Both the position numbers and the translations under genes were made by a program. DNA of 64,000 nt, taken from NCBI GenBank assembly GCA_024234935.1, contig JACKNI010000007.1, positions 11,454-75,453 of the forward strand, given 5' to 3'. This DNA comes from Chromatiales bacterium. GTDB lineage: Bacteria > Pseudomonadota > Gammaproteobacteria > Steroidobacterales > GCA-2729495. A model generated the notes under the pieces. The model did no database searches and had not been told where the DNA came from. It worked only from the letters and a program-made list of their open reading frames with translations. This document shows positions 17,507 through 27,309 of this stretch, piece after piece (positions within the stretch are counted from its first letter, which is position 1; each line of letters begins with the position of its first letter).

Positions 17507-19146
17507 GGCGTCGCCCCCGGCTTCCCGGTAGTGCTGAGGGGTGCAGCGGCACTCGCCAGTGCTGGCTGACCGGCCCCGGCACCGCGAATCACGGTGGGAC
17601 GCAGGAACAGCACCAGTTCGCTTTTCTTGACTGCATCGTCGCGATAGCTGAACAGGTCGCCGACACCAGGCAGACGTGACAGCAATGGCACGCCATCACG
17701 CTTCTTTTGACTGGTGTCCTGCATCAGCCCGCCGATGACAACGGTCTGTCCGTCGGCCACCTCCAGCAATGATTCGATCTCGCTGACATGTATCTCCGGC
17801 ACGAGGTTGTCGAAATCCTGACCGAACTCGCTGAGGCGGGGAGCAGGGTCGACGACGTAACCGAGGATGCGCGTGATGGTCGGCCGCACATTCATGCTCA
17901 CGTTGCCGTTGTCGCTGATCTGCGGCGTCACGCTCATGATGAAGCCGACCGGAACGGTCTTGATTTCACTTGTAATGGTCGATCGTTCCGGACCATTGTC
18001 AGATGCTTCGACGATGTCCTGTGAAAGGCTGAAGTAGACGCGCTCATCGACCACCTTGAGCATGGCGGTCTGGTTATTGAGGGCCATGATGCGCGGCGTG
18101 GACAGGACCTTCGTGTCGCCGAACTGCGACAGCATCTTCACAGCGGCCGAGAAGCCACTGCCGTCAGCATCGAAATTGGCGTACTTCATGGTGTAGACAG
18201 GTGCAGTGGAAAGATTGCCGCCGGTCAGTGTGTTGATGAATGAAATGCCGTCCTGGCCGAGTCCGCCGTTTGCAGAGACCCGCGACCAGTCGACACCAGC
18301 CTGGTAGCTGTCGTTGAGTTCGACTTCCACGACCGTCACTTCGATCAGGACCTGGCGTTTTGAGCTGACCGTTACCTGATCGATAAAGGCCTGGACCTTC
18401 TGCTGCTGCACACTGTTGGCGTGGACGCTGATGACACCGGCGATCGAATTGACTGCCACCGGGTCAGGGCCAGCTGCCGCGTCGCTACCGGTTGCCTGAC
18501 CCGTGACGATCTGGCGCAGGTTGTTGCCGAGAACCTGCCAGTAGCTGTTATCGGAGGTGCTCTTGACCGTGGTTCGCGAAATATTCTGGTCATCGCTGTT
18601 CGTGCCGCCGCTGCTCTGCGAATCCTCACGGACGCTGCCACCGGTAGAGGCGACCTGGGTAGCAACAGTGACTTCACCTTCGCTGCCGCGCGCCAGGTTC
18701 ACGTAGTCCACCCGGTAGTTCCGCCAGTACGGTGCGTCCGGCATGACAACGAGCGTGCCGTTTTCGATGTTGTGACGGATGCTGACCTGCCGGCTGATGC
18801 GTTCGAGTATCTGTGGCAGCGTCTGGTTGACGGCGTTGAGCGTGACATTGCCTTCGATGTTGCCCGAGATGTCCACATTGATCGCCGCATCGCGGGCCAG
18901 TGCGAACAACACTTCGCGTACGGGTACGTCAGTCACCACCAGCGTGTAGGTTTCCTGGACTGGCTGCGCGACCGGTGCCGGTGGCGTGGGCAGCCGGGTG
19001 ACCGGTGCGGGAATGATCCTGTTCCCTTCGACCGATTTCAGATGTTCCGGTGCCGGGTCAAACGGCTGCACGGTGCCGCAGCCCGCAACGAGTGCGGCAA
19101 CACCGATGCTCAGGAATGCGCCACGGCGCCAAATGTTCTGTGTCAT
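17503..19146 (-). CDS. secretin lipoprotein (MshL/PilQ/GspD family)
   Basis: ORF 17503-19218. ATG at 19146 preferred (MTQNIWRRGAFLSIGVAALVAGC|G lipobox). C-terminal secretin block GVPLLSRLPGVGDLFSYRDDAVKKSELVLFLRPTVI. Confidence 0.9.
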   Translation of the reverse strand: MTQNIWRRGAFLSIGVAALVAGCGTVQPFDPAPEHLKSVEGNRIIPAPVTRLPTPPAPVAQPVQETYTLVVTDVPVREVLFALARDAAINVDISGNIEGNVTLNAVNQTLPQILERISRQVSIRHNIENGTLVVMPDAPYWRNYRVDYVNLARGSEGEVTVATQVASTGGSVREDSQSSGGTNSDDQNISRTTVKSTSDNSYWQVLGNNLRQIVTGQATGSDAAAGPDPVAVNSIAGVISVHANSVQQQKVQAFIDQVTVSSKRQVLIEVTVVEVELNDSYQAGVDWSRVSANGGLGQDGISFINTLTGGNLSTAPVYTMKYANFDADGSGFSAAVKMLSQFGDTKVLSTPRIMALNNQTAMLKVVDERVYFSLSQDIVEASDNGPERSTITSEIKTVPVGFIMSVTPQISDNGNVSMNVRPTITRILGYVVDPAPRLSEFGQDFDNLVPEIHVSEIESLLEVADGQTVVIGGLMQDTSQKKRDGVPLLSRLPGVGDLFSYRDDAVKKSELVLFLRPTVIRGAGAGQPALASAAAPLSTTGKPGATP

Positions 19147-19364
19147 GACCAATCGTCTCCGCGGATCAGCAACCGTTTCCCGCCGTGCGTTGCCACCGTC
19201 CGGGTAAATCTCCCGCACAGGGCAAAGGCACGGTATCCCCTTAAGTTAAGGCCGGGTCAGGATCCGTTTTTTATGTCTGATGCGGCGTGCGCCAGCTCAC
19301 AGTTGCCGGCTGGCGTGGTCGGGAAACGTGAACGGAGTCACGTGCAGGCAACGCGCACGGGGTA

Positions 19365-19391
19365 CAGGACGTACCCCGTGCCGCAATGGAC
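19365..19391 (-). terminator. perfect 11-bp hairpin just downstream of the OMP gene (no U-tract)
   Basis: GCACGGGGTAC-aggac-GTACCCCGTGC, 6 nt after the stop at 19397. It may insulate the OMP genes from the secretin operon. Confidence 0.4.
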
Positions 19392-19396
19392 AGGTA

Positions 19397-19954
19397 TCAG
19401 GGCTGGCCGAAGTGGTAGTTGACGCCGAGGCTGACGGCCCAGAAGTCGCCGTCGTCGAGGTCGAACCAGTCGCCCTCAAGGCGCAGGCTGACCTTGCTGG
19501 ACACGGCGATTTGTGTGCCGGCACCGAAGGTGAGTCCGTCGGCACCGCGGCTCCTGGAGCTGGTTTCGGTGTCGATATTCTGGTTCAGGTTGTAGAAACC
19601 TGCCTTGCCGTACAGCTGGAGGTCCTCCGTGGTGAAGGGGAGGTAGCCGATGGCATAGATGGTCGTTCCGTCAAGGTCTACATCCACCTTGCCGCCAGGA
19701 TTGGCCGGGTCTGTGTCTTCGCTGAAATTGCCGGATTCGAGCCATGAGCCCTCGATGCCGAAGTACTTGTTGAAACGGTACTGAACGCTCAGTTTGGCGC
19801 CGACGGCTTCGTCGTCAAAAACGCTGCCATCGATCTCATAGCTCGTGAGCATGCCGGAAATGCCGACCAGCCAGCCCGGATCGGCCGGGCCGGCCTGGGC
19901 AGACAGCGAACACAGGCCAAGCAGTGCAATTCCCGCTGTGCGTTTCATGAACAA
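19397..19954 (-). CDS. small outer-membrane beta-barrel protein (OmpA-N-like)
   Basis: 185 aa; signal peptide ...CSLSAQA|G; alternating beta-strand pattern ending LEGDWFDLDDGDFWAVSLGVNYHFG, homologous to the barrel of the next gene. Confidence 0.7.
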   Translation of the reverse strand: MFMKRTAGIALLGLCSLSAQAGPADPGWLVGISGMLTSYEIDGSVFDDEAVGAKLSVQYRFNKYFGIEGSWLESGNFSEDTDPANPGGKVDVDLDGTTIYAIGYLPFTTEDLQLYGKAGFYNLNQNIDTETSSRSRGADGLTFGAGTQIAVSSKVSLRLEGDWFDLDDGDFWAVSLGVNYHFGQP

Positions 19955-19960
19955 TGCTCC

Positions 19961-21052
19961 TTATTGACCAGCCTGCGTGGAAAACTCCAGGCTCACGCGG
20001 CGATTCAAGGCGCGGCCTTCTTCGGTCCCGTTGTCTGCAATCGGGTCCGCTTCACCAAAGCCGGCGGCCGTGAGCTGCGTTGCAGGTATGCCTCTTTCGA
20101 TCAGATAGTCACGCACCGCTTCAGCCCGCTGTTGCGAGAGCGTGAGGTTGTAGTCATCGGCACCATGGCTGTCGGTGTGTCCACGTACCTCAACATTGAA
20201 GTTCGGGCGCCTGGTCAGGGTGGTGGCTACCGAGTCCAGGATCGTCAGGCTGTCAGGTGTGAGCTTCGCCGAGTCGAAATCAAAGGTAACACCACGCAGG
20301 ATGAGCTGTTCCTCGCAACCGCGGGCATCAACCTTTGCGCCGGCCGGCGTATCCGGACACTCGTCGATATCATCTTTGACGCCATCGCCGTCGCTGTCCT
20401 TGACGACCGGAGCGGCAGCGACAGCTGCCGGCGGAGCCACGACGGCGACAGGTGCCGCGACGGCAACAGGTGCTGCTGCTTCAGGCGCACGTCCGAAACG
20501 ATACTCGGCACCGAGGTTGATGGCCCACAGGTCGCCGTCGTCGATATCAAACCACTCACCCTCTGCGCGGAAGGCGAACTGCTTGCTGATATTGACGATC
20601 AGGCCGGCGCCGAGCAGCAGTCCATCCGGTGAATTGCTGGCGGTGACGATGTTGTTGCGTTCGAGTTCCTGGTCGAAGTTGTAGTAACCGGCTTTTGCAT
20701 AGACGTCGACCTCATCGCTGTTGATCGGTGCGTAGAGGAGTACTGACCCGCTGTATCCATCCAGGCGCACATCAACCGAAGCAGCCGGCAACGGCGGCGC
20801 TTCGGAGAAGTCGCCGAAGCTGTGATAGGCGGCCTCGAGGCCAAACCACTTGTTGATGCGGTAGCCGCCGTAGAGTTTGAATCCGACGGTGCTGTCGTCG
20901 ACCGAGTTGTCGTCAAATTTGTAATCGGCAAAAGTTGCGGCGACGCCTGCGTTCCAGACGCTGTATTCGTTGGCGTCCAGCAGTGACGTGCCGGCCATCA
21001 GCGGTGTGCTGGCCAGGCCCAGGGCAAGAGGTATCAGGAAACGCTTCATCAC
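19961..21052 (-). CDS. OmpA family porin (beta-barrel, Ala/Pro/Val linker, TSP3 repeat, OmpA_C domain)
   Basis: 363 aa; barrel ending AEGEWFDIDDGDLWAINLGAEYRFG; linker APVAVAAPVAVVAPPAAVAAAPV; DSDGDGVKDDIDECPDTPAG; VRGHTDSHGADDYNLTLSQQRAEAVRDYL...NRRVSLEF. Confidence 0.92.
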   Translation of the reverse strand: MMKRFLIPLALGLASTPLMAGTSLLDANEYSVWNAGVAATFADYKFDDNSVDDSTVGFKLYGGYRINKWFGLEAAYHSFGDFSEAPPLPAASVDVRLDGYSGSVLLYAPINSDEVDVYAKAGYYNFDQELERNNIVTASNSPDGLLLGAGLIVNISKQFAFRAEGEWFDIDDGDLWAINLGAEYRFGRAPEAAAPVAVAAPVAVVAPPAAVAAAPVVKDSDGDGVKDDIDECPDTPAGAKVDARGCEEQLILRGVTFDFDSAKLTPDSLTILDSVATTLTRRPNFNVEVRGHTDSHGADDYNLTLSQQRAEAVRDYLIERGIPATQLTAAGFGEADPIADNGTEEGRALNRRVSLEFSTQAGQ

Positions 21053-21226
21053 GCAGGCTCCTAAGCAGTGTTCTTGATTAATGTGAGGCTAACAGGCGGG
21101 AGACACTTGCGCCGGGCAACCCGGTGTTCACATTGTGGTCTCCGGCCAGTATACGGCCGGTCAAACAGGCGTCAACATGCGCCTGGCTACTATACTGGCG
21201 ACCTCTGCACAGATGCATCAGTCCTG

Positions 21227-21862
21227 ATGACACAACAATCGCAGTCCGATCCGGAGCGTTTTGATCCAGTCGCGGGATTTTTTCTTGCCCAGGCAGACCG
21301 GCCGGCCAATCTTGAATCCATCATTGCGGCTGAACTGACGCCGCTGCAACGGGCCCTGCTGGTGATCGATGGCACGGTTACCACTTTTCTGGAGGCATGG
21401 GCGCTGGAGCCGGTGGCGGTGACCTGCCTGTGGCAGCGTCCGCAGAAGCTCGCTGTCGCTGATGGCTGGCTTGATCTGCCGGCTGGCGCGACGGTCACCG
21501 AGCGGGCCGTATTGCTGAGCGGGGCGCGCAGTCGCGGCTTTTTCGCCTATGCCGAGTCGAGGATCAATGCGGATGGGCTGCCGGTGACGATGCGCGGGGC
21601 GCTGGAGGCGGGCGTTGCCGGACTGGGCCAGATCCTGCTTGCCAGCGGACTCGACAGCCGACGCGAAGGACTCTGGTACGGTCGCGAACAGATGAAGTCG
21701 CTGCCGGAGCAGGTAGCCGCCGTGACCGACGGTGATTTCCTGACGCGCAGCTACCGGGTGACTGCACGGGGTCGGCCGCTGATGATGATTACCGAGCGCT
21801 TTGCCTGGCGGCCGATCGCGGTTCCGGTGCCGGCGCTCGGCGCCAGGCTGCCATCCGACTGA
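21227..21862 (+). CDS. chorismate lyase-like (UbiC/DUF98 fold) protein
   Basis: ORF 21068-21862; ATG at 21227 preferred. LQRALLVIDGTVTTFLEAW (cf. DGSMTxxLE) and C-terminal RSYRVTARGRPLMMITERF resemble the chorismate-lyase family. Confidence 0.5.
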   Translation: MTQQSQSDPERFDPVAGFFLAQADRPANLESIIAAELTPLQRALLVIDGTVTTFLEAWALEPVAVTCLWQRPQKLAVADGWLDLPAGATVTERAVLLSGARSRGFFAYAESRINADGLPVTMRGALEAGVAGLGQILLASGLDSRREGLWYGREQMKSLPEQVAAVTDGDFLTRSYRVTARGRPLMMITERFAWRPIAVPVPALGARLPSD

Positions 21863-21893
21863 ATACGATTTGTTACGCAGGGGACTGTTAAAG

Positions 21894-23846
21894 ATGTACA
21901 AGCGCACGCCGGTTTTCATTGCCTTGTTCCTGCACCTCGCTGCAGCCGGAGCCGAAGGCTGGGCGTACTACGGTGGCGACGAGGGTGGAAGCCGCTACTC
22001 GGCACTTGCGCAGATCAACCGGGACAATGTCGGCAAACTGGAACTGGTCTGGCAATACCGGACCGGTGCCGTAACCGCCAACCCGGCGTTGAAATCCATG
22101 ATCGACTTCCAGGCCACACCGACGCTGCTGCCAGCGGCGGCCGGCGGGCATCTGCTGGTCTGTGATCCATTCGGCAAGGTGATCGCACTCGATCCGGCCA
22201 GTGGCGCAGAACGCTGGGCCATGGATCCGAAGGTCGACAAGACGCCGTACGCCGGCCGCTTCAAGTGCAGGGGTGTCGCGTACTGGGCGGATACTGCAGC
22301 GCCGGTGGACGCCGCCTGTGCCCACCGCCTGTTTCTTGCCACGGCTGACAAGCGCCTGATCGCCATGGATGCCCGGGACGGCAAGCTGTGCAGCAGTTTC
22401 GGCGTACAGGGACAGGTGAATGTGGATGTACTGATCAGATCCCTGGTGCCCGCCGATGGCACGCAGCTCACCCAGCTCGTCTCGCCGCCGACTGTGGTGC
22501 GGGATGTGGTGGCCGTGTCTTCGTTCTCCAACAAGTTCAAGACTTCGTCGTCAGTGAATGGCGCCATACGCGGCTTCGATGCGCGTACCGGTGCGCTGCT
22601 CTGGAGTTTCGATCCGCTGGTGCGCGATGCGTCCACCGGGCTGACGCCGACGCCACAGCAGGTCGGTGGTGCGAACACCTGGGTACCGATGTCGGCGGAC
22701 AGTCCGCGCGATCTCCTGTTCGTGCCGACGGCATCTCCTGCGCCCAACTACTGGGGCGTGCACCGGCCGGGCAATAACGAGTACGCGAATTCGATCATCG
22801 CCTTGCGTGGATCGACCGGCGAGGTGGTCTGGCACTTTCAGACCCTGCACCATGATGTCTGGGACCGCGATGCCGGTTCAACGCCGATCCTCACCTCAAT
22901 AGACCGCGACGGCCGCAAGATTCCGGCCGTCATCCAGCTGGTCAAGACCGGCATGGTGTTTGCGTTCAATCGCGAGACCGGTGAGCCGCTGTTCCCGATC
23001 GAGGAGCGACCGGTGCCGACTGACACCGATATCGAGGGCGAGCAACTGTCGCCGACCCAGCCCTTTCCGGTCAGGCCGCCGGTGCTGGTGCGCAATACCA
23101 TCTCGCCCGATGATGCCTGGGGCTTTACGATCTTCGACAGGAACGCCTGTCGCAGGAAGATCGAGTCGATGCGCCATGGCAGTCAGTACGAGCCGATCAT
23201 GAGCACCGGTACGGTCCTCTATCCGCAACCCGGTGGTGGGCCCAACTGGGGTGGCGGGGCATACGATCCGCAGCGCAACCTGCTGATCACGCCGGTGTCG
23301 CAGATTCCCTACTACGTGAAGCTGATCCCCAGGGCAGAGGTTGATCCCGGGTATGCACGGCGGCCGGAGGCCGGTGCACCGATGCAGGGTCCGGGTTATC
23401 TCGGTGACACACCTTACGGTGTCAAGCAGGGTCCGTTGATGTCGCCATCCTTTACCCCGTGTACGGCACCACCGTGGAACATGCTGGTGGCCATCGATAT
23501 GGTCAGCGGCGAGATCCGCTGGAAGATCCCCTTTGGCCGGCTCGACAAGCTGATGCCGTTTCCGATCCCGCTGAATCTCGGCGGACCCTCGGCCGGTGGC
23601 CCCATCGTAACCGGAAGCGGACTGGTCTTCATCGGCGCCACTTCCGATAACCGCGTGCATGCCTACGATATAGAGACCGGCGAGGAGCTGTGGGAAATGC
23701 GGGCACCGACCTCGGCGATGGCCACGCCGATGACCTATGAGGTCGATGGCCGGCAGTACGTGGTGTTCGCAGCCGGCGGGCACTCCTGGTATGACGCCAA
23801 GGGTGTCGATGATTATGTGCTCGCCTACGCGCTGCCCGTGAAGTAG
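21894..23846 (+). CDS. soluble (signal-peptide) PQQ-dependent dehydrogenase, glucose/quinate dehydrogenase-like (paralog 1)
   Basis: ORF 21801-23846; ATG at 21894 (MYKRTPVFIALFLHLAAAGAEG). WAYYGGDEGGSRYSALAQINRDNVGKLELVW matches the start of the Gcd-type beta-propeller. No N-terminal 5-TM anchor. Confidence 0.85.
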   Translation: MYKRTPVFIALFLHLAAAGAEGWAYYGGDEGGSRYSALAQINRDNVGKLELVWQYRTGAVTANPALKSMIDFQATPTLLPAAAGGHLLVCDPFGKVIALDPASGAERWAMDPKVDKTPYAGRFKCRGVAYWADTAAPVDAACAHRLFLATADKRLIAMDARDGKLCSSFGVQGQVNVDVLIRSLVPADGTQLTQLVSPPTVVRDVVAVSSFSNKFKTSSSVNGAIRGFDARTGALLWSFDPLVRDASTGLTPTPQQVGGANTWVPMSADSPRDLLFVPTASPAPNYWGVHRPGNNEYANSIIALRGSTGEVVWHFQTLHHDVWDRDAGSTPILTSIDRDGRKIPAVIQLVKTGMVFAFNRETGEPLFPIEERPVPTDTDIEGEQLSPTQPFPVRPPVLVRNTISPDDAWGFTIFDRNACRRKIESMRHGSQYEPIMSTGTVLYPQPGGGPNWGGGAYDPQRNLLITPVSQIPYYVKLIPRAEVDPGYARRPEAGAPMQGPGYLGDTPYGVKQGPLMSPSFTPCTAPPWNMLVAIDMVSGEIRWKIPFGRLDKLMPFPIPLNLGGPSAGGPIVTGSGLVFIGATSDNRVHAYDIETGEELWEMRAPTSAMATPMTYEVDGRQYVVFAAGGHSWYDAKGVDDYVLAYALPVK

Positions 23847-23927
23847 CTTCCGTTTCCGGCGCATGCCGCGACGTTGTGAGAACTGGTGCATGGCCGCGAC
23901 CGGCAACCAGCGGCTACTCTCCGGCCT

Positions 23928-24503
23928 ATGTTGGACTGGACCCTCATCAGCCTCGGCCTGCTGGCAGCGCTTGCCACCAGCCTGGTGCTGGCCATTGCCG
24001 TCAAGGTCTGGCAGGCGGGCCGTCGCTCAGGCGGTACGGTCGATACCCTCCATCACAGGATTCGCGGCCTCGAAGCCGATCTCCGCGTTGCGCAGCGCAC
24101 TGCGGATGACGCTGTCAATGAACGTCAGGCGCTTGCCGGACAACTCGAGAGCATGACCGTTGAGCTGGCTGCTCTGCGGGACGAGACAGCGCGTCAACAG
24201 GACCTGGTGCGCAAGCTCACAGCCGAAATGCAGCACGAATGCCGGAAGACTGCGGAGCTGCGCAAGGAACTTGCCGATCGTGCCGAAGAAATGGTGCGTA
24301 CCCATGTACAGCTGCGTGATGTGAAGACCGAGCTGGACGTGTCGCAGGTCGGGTCGGATGTCGTCATCGACCAGATCGAACGACTCACCCGCGAGCGCGA
24401 CGATCTGAATACCATGGTGGAAGCCCTGCGGCGCGAGCTCGACATGAAGTCCCGGGATCCGGAGCGTTCCGGACTGCGGCGTGATCAGCTGGTTGACCAC
24501 TGA
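23928..24503 (+). CDS. bitopic coiled-coil membrane protein (paralog 1)
   Basis: ORF 23886-24503 (GTG); ATG at 23928 gives MLDWTLISLGLLAALATSLVLAIAV, followed by a long heptad-like region (...QLRDVKTELDV...LTRERDDL...). Confidence 0.6.
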   Translation: MLDWTLISLGLLAALATSLVLAIAVKVWQAGRRSGGTVDTLHHRIRGLEADLRVAQRTADDAVNERQALAGQLESMTVELAALRDETARQQDLVRKLTAEMQHECRKTAELRKELADRAEEMVRTHVQLRDVKTELDVSQVGSDVVIDQIERLTRERDDLNTMVEALRRELDMKSRDPERSGLRRDQLVDH

Positions 24504-25096
24504 TGGCCTACCTCGGTCTTATCGGTATCGGTCTGCTGTTCGGCCTGGTGCTGAGCGGAATTGCCATCGCCTTCATCATCATGCGGTCGGGCGAGGGGCC
24601 TCTCAAGGAAAGCCTGTTTGGCAACGATTCACGTGCGCCGGCATTTCCTGGTACAAACAAGCCGCCTGAAGTTGCTCCGGAAACCGACAAGAAGATACAG
24701 ACATTGCTCGAAGAACTGCGTGTTACGCAGCGGCTCGTCGACCAGGGCCGGGTCGAGCGCGAGCAGTTCCTGAACGCCGCGAAGGCCGGCAAGGCCGAGA
24801 TCGATGCGCTGCGCGGGCGGGTCACAGAGCGCGAAGCGCAGATCGAAGCCCTGCAGTCTGAACTCAAGGCAGCGGCAGTCCGCCAGGAAGCGCTGCTTGC
24901 CGATCTCGATGTACGTACCGAAGAGCTGTCGCGTATCAGCCTGGAACTTCGCGATGCGCGTACTGAACTCGAAGTCGTGGAGTCCGGCACCACGCTGACC
25001 ACCACCCAGATGGTTGATCTCCAGCGCGAACGCGACGAGCTGGCCCGCCTCCTCGACCAATACCAGTCTGCTGGCCGCGACCGCCAGCGGGCCTGA
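24503..25096 (+). CDS. bitopic coiled-coil membrane protein (paralog 2)
   Basis: 197 aa; its ATG overlaps the previous stop (TGATG). [25 protein letters not shown], then a coiled coil (...[11 protein letters not shown]...LQRERDEL...). Confidence 0.6.
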   Translation: MAYLGLIGIGLLFGLVLSGIAIAFIIMRSGEGPLKESLFGNDSRAPAFPGTNKPPEVAPETDKKIQTLLEELRVTQRLVDQGRVEREQFLNAAKAGKAEIDALRGRVTEREAQIEALQSELKAAAVRQEALLADLDVRTEELSRISLELRDARTELEVVESGTTLTTTQMVDLQRERDELARLLDQYQSAGRDRQRA

Positions 25097-25143
25097 ATCT
25101 CCGCCTATACTGCTCCGGGGAGCGGTACTCGCGGAGAATCATC

Positions 25144-26196
25144 ATGCGTCTGGGTCTGGTGGCCGGCTATTCACCGGCAGCGTTGAGCGTCCCGATGGAC
25201 GAGATCCTTGAAGCCGAGCGGCTGGGTTACGACTCGGTCTGGACTTCCGAAGCCTATGGCAGCGATGCTGTTTCAGTGGCGAGCTGGATCCTGGCGCGCA
25301 CCACGCGCATCCGTGTCGGTACCGCGATCATGCAGATGCCGGCACGCACGCCGACCTGTACCGCGATGACGGCGATGACCCTGAACGCCCTGTCCGGCGG
25401 ACGCTTCCTGCTTGGCCTCGGGCCTTCCGGTCCGCGCGTGGTCGAAGGCTGGTATGGTGTGCCCTACGGCCGGCCGATGACCCGTACCCGCGAATACATC
25501 GACATCGTCCGCCAGATTGCCAGCCGTCGCGCCCCGCTGCGTCACGATGGCTATCACTACCAGATTCCTTATAAAGGTACCGGTGCCACCGGGCTCGGCC
25601 GGCCGATGCAGAGCATCCTGCACGCCGACGGGCAGCTGCGCATCTACACGGCGGCGGTCACGCCGACGGGACTTGCCACCGCCGCCGAGATTGCCGACGG
25701 CGTGTTCCCGATCTGGATGGACCCGGAACGCTTCGATCTCATCGGCCCGCATCTGGCAGCAGGTTTTGCCAAAGGCAGCGAGGAATCGGGACGGAAACGC
25801 ACACTGGCTGATTTCGATGTCGCACCCTTCGTGCCCGTCGCACTGGGTGACGACCTCGATGCCTGCCGGGCGCCGGTTCGTTCACATCTCGCTCTATATA
25901 TAGGCGGCATGGGCCCGCGCCAGAAAAATTTCTATACGGACTATGTACGGCGCATGGGCTATACAGACGAAGCGGAGCAGATCCAGACGCTGTATCTGGC
26001 CGGCCGCAAGGATGAAGCCGCGGCGGCGGTGCCCGACCGTCTGGTCGATGCCATCGCACTGGTCGGGCCGGCGGCGCGCATCCGTGAACGCCTCGCCGTC
26101 TGGAAAGCGGCCGGTGCGCGCGGCGAGATCGGTTCGATGCTGCTGGCGCGTGCATCCGTCGACGCGCTGCGTCTGGTTGCTGAGGAGCTGCTCTGA
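25144..26196 (+). CDS. LLM class F420-dependent oxidoreductase
   Basis: 350 aa: [65 protein letters not shown]...[19 protein letters not shown] recognise this pattern from actinobacterial F420-dependent LLM families. Confidence 0.8.
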   Translation: MRLGLVAGYSPAALSVPMDEILEAERLGYDSVWTSEAYGSDAVSVASWILARTTRIRVGTAIMQMPARTPTCTAMTAMTLNALSGGRFLLGLGPSGPRVVEGWYGVPYGRPMTRTREYIDIVRQIASRRAPLRHDGYHYQIPYKGTGATGLGRPMQSILHADGQLRIYTAAVTPTGLATAAEIADGVFPIWMDPERFDLIGPHLAAGFAKGSEESGRKRTLADFDVAPFVPVALGDDLDACRAPVRSHLALYIGGMGPRQKNFYTDYVRRMGYTDEAEQIQTLYLAGRKDEAAAAVPDRLVDAIALVGPAARIRERLAVWKAAGARGEIGSMLLARASVDALRLVAEELL

Positions 26197-26248
26197 GTGC
26201 TGCCGTGAGCAGCAGGCCGCCAGACAATAGGACAGGGAGTCGCTAACC

Positions 26249-27259
26249 GTGCAGATCGATGTGATCCTCGATGCGCGTGCCAGGGCGCAGGAACTGGCCG
26301 AGCTCGGCCAGCTCGCCGAAAACTGTGGCATCAACGGCGTGTGGGTATCGAGTCTGCTCGATTCACGCGATCCCTTCGCCAACATGGCGCTGCTCGCGCA
26401 GGCCACTTCGCGTATCCGCCTCGGTCCCATCGCGGTGAATCCCTTTGATACACATCCGGTGAAGATCGCTTCGGCGCTGCTGACCTTGAATGAAATGGCT
26501 GCCGGTCGTGCGCGCATTGTCATCGGCGGCGGTGGCGAGGCGCTGCAGGCGCTGGATATTCAGGCCGCGCGCCGTGTGCGCGCGGTGCGCGAGTGCGTAG
26601 AGATCATCCGTGCTGCCGCCAGTGGTGAGCGCATCAGCTACGCCGGCGAACTGTTTCGCGTTCGCAATCTGCAGCTGCGCTGGCTGGAGTCCGTGGCGCC
26701 GGCCATCCATGTCGGCGCAAGCCAGCAGCAGATGCTGCGCATGGCCGCACGCTGTGCCGACGGCATCATGATGAGCGACATGCCGCCGGGTCCGGCATCA
26801 CAGGCCATCGCCACACTCGATGCGGCGCTGGCAGAAATTGGCCGCCAGCGACCCGCATTTGCCACCAATGTCTTCACTGCCTGGCATGTGTACCGGGATC
26901 TCCAGCAGGCGCGGCAGGAAGCGCGCCGCTGGCTGCTGTTGCGGGGCATCTTCCGCCCCTGGCTGCTGGCTGGATTTCTCGATCCGGCGGATGTCGATCT
27001 CGTCATGGCCAGCGAGGCGGCTTTTGCCCGGGCCTTCGCGACCGGCAGTCACCAGGTCGACGGTGTACCGGACCGGCTGCTCGACAAACTGGTCGACAAG
27101 CTCACGGTTTCCGGTTCACCCGACGATCTGGAGCCCGTGATCGGCAAATTGCGCAAGCTGCGCGATGCGGGGCTCGGCAGCGTCGCGCTGCGCCTGTATG
27201 CAGACCCGGCCGCTTCGATCCGCCTGATCGGGGAGCGGGTGGTGCCGGAGCTCGGCTGA
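26249..27259 (+). CDS. LLM oxidoreductase, Mer-like clade (paralog B)
   Basis: 336 aa; GTG start with GGGAG 9 nt upstream. MQIDVILDARARAQELAELGQLAENCGINGVWVSS...VNPFDTHPVKIASALLTLNEMAAGRARIVIGGGG. Confidence 0.8.
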   Translation: MQIDVILDARARAQELAELGQLAENCGINGVWVSSLLDSRDPFANMALLAQATSRIRLGPIAVNPFDTHPVKIASALLTLNEMAAGRARIVIGGGGEALQALDIQAARRVRAVRECVEIIRAAASGERISYAGELFRVRNLQLRWLESVAPAIHVGASQQQMLRMAARCADGIMMSDMPPGPASQAIATLDAALAEIGRQRPAFATNVFTAWHVYRDLQQARQEARRWLLLRGIFRPWLLAGFLDPADVDLVMASEAAFARAFATGSHQVDGVPDRLLDKLVDKLTVSGSPDDLEPVIGKLRKLRDAGLGSVALRLYADPAASIRLIGERVVPELG

Positions 27260-27309
27260 ACATTCCGCCGTTTCATCCTGAAACACCGATATGGCGGCAT
27301 ACTTGCCCG

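Noticed and set aside
21801-21893. Upstream extensions of track ORFs (21801 for the PQQ dehydrogenase, 8425 for the pilin, 19218 for the secretin, 2431, 34993, 44899)
   Set aside because: In each case an internal ATG preceded by an SD yields a proper signal peptide, lipobox, prepilin leader or Rossmann N-terminus. The extensions are Arg-rich and overlap neighbouring genes or promoters.
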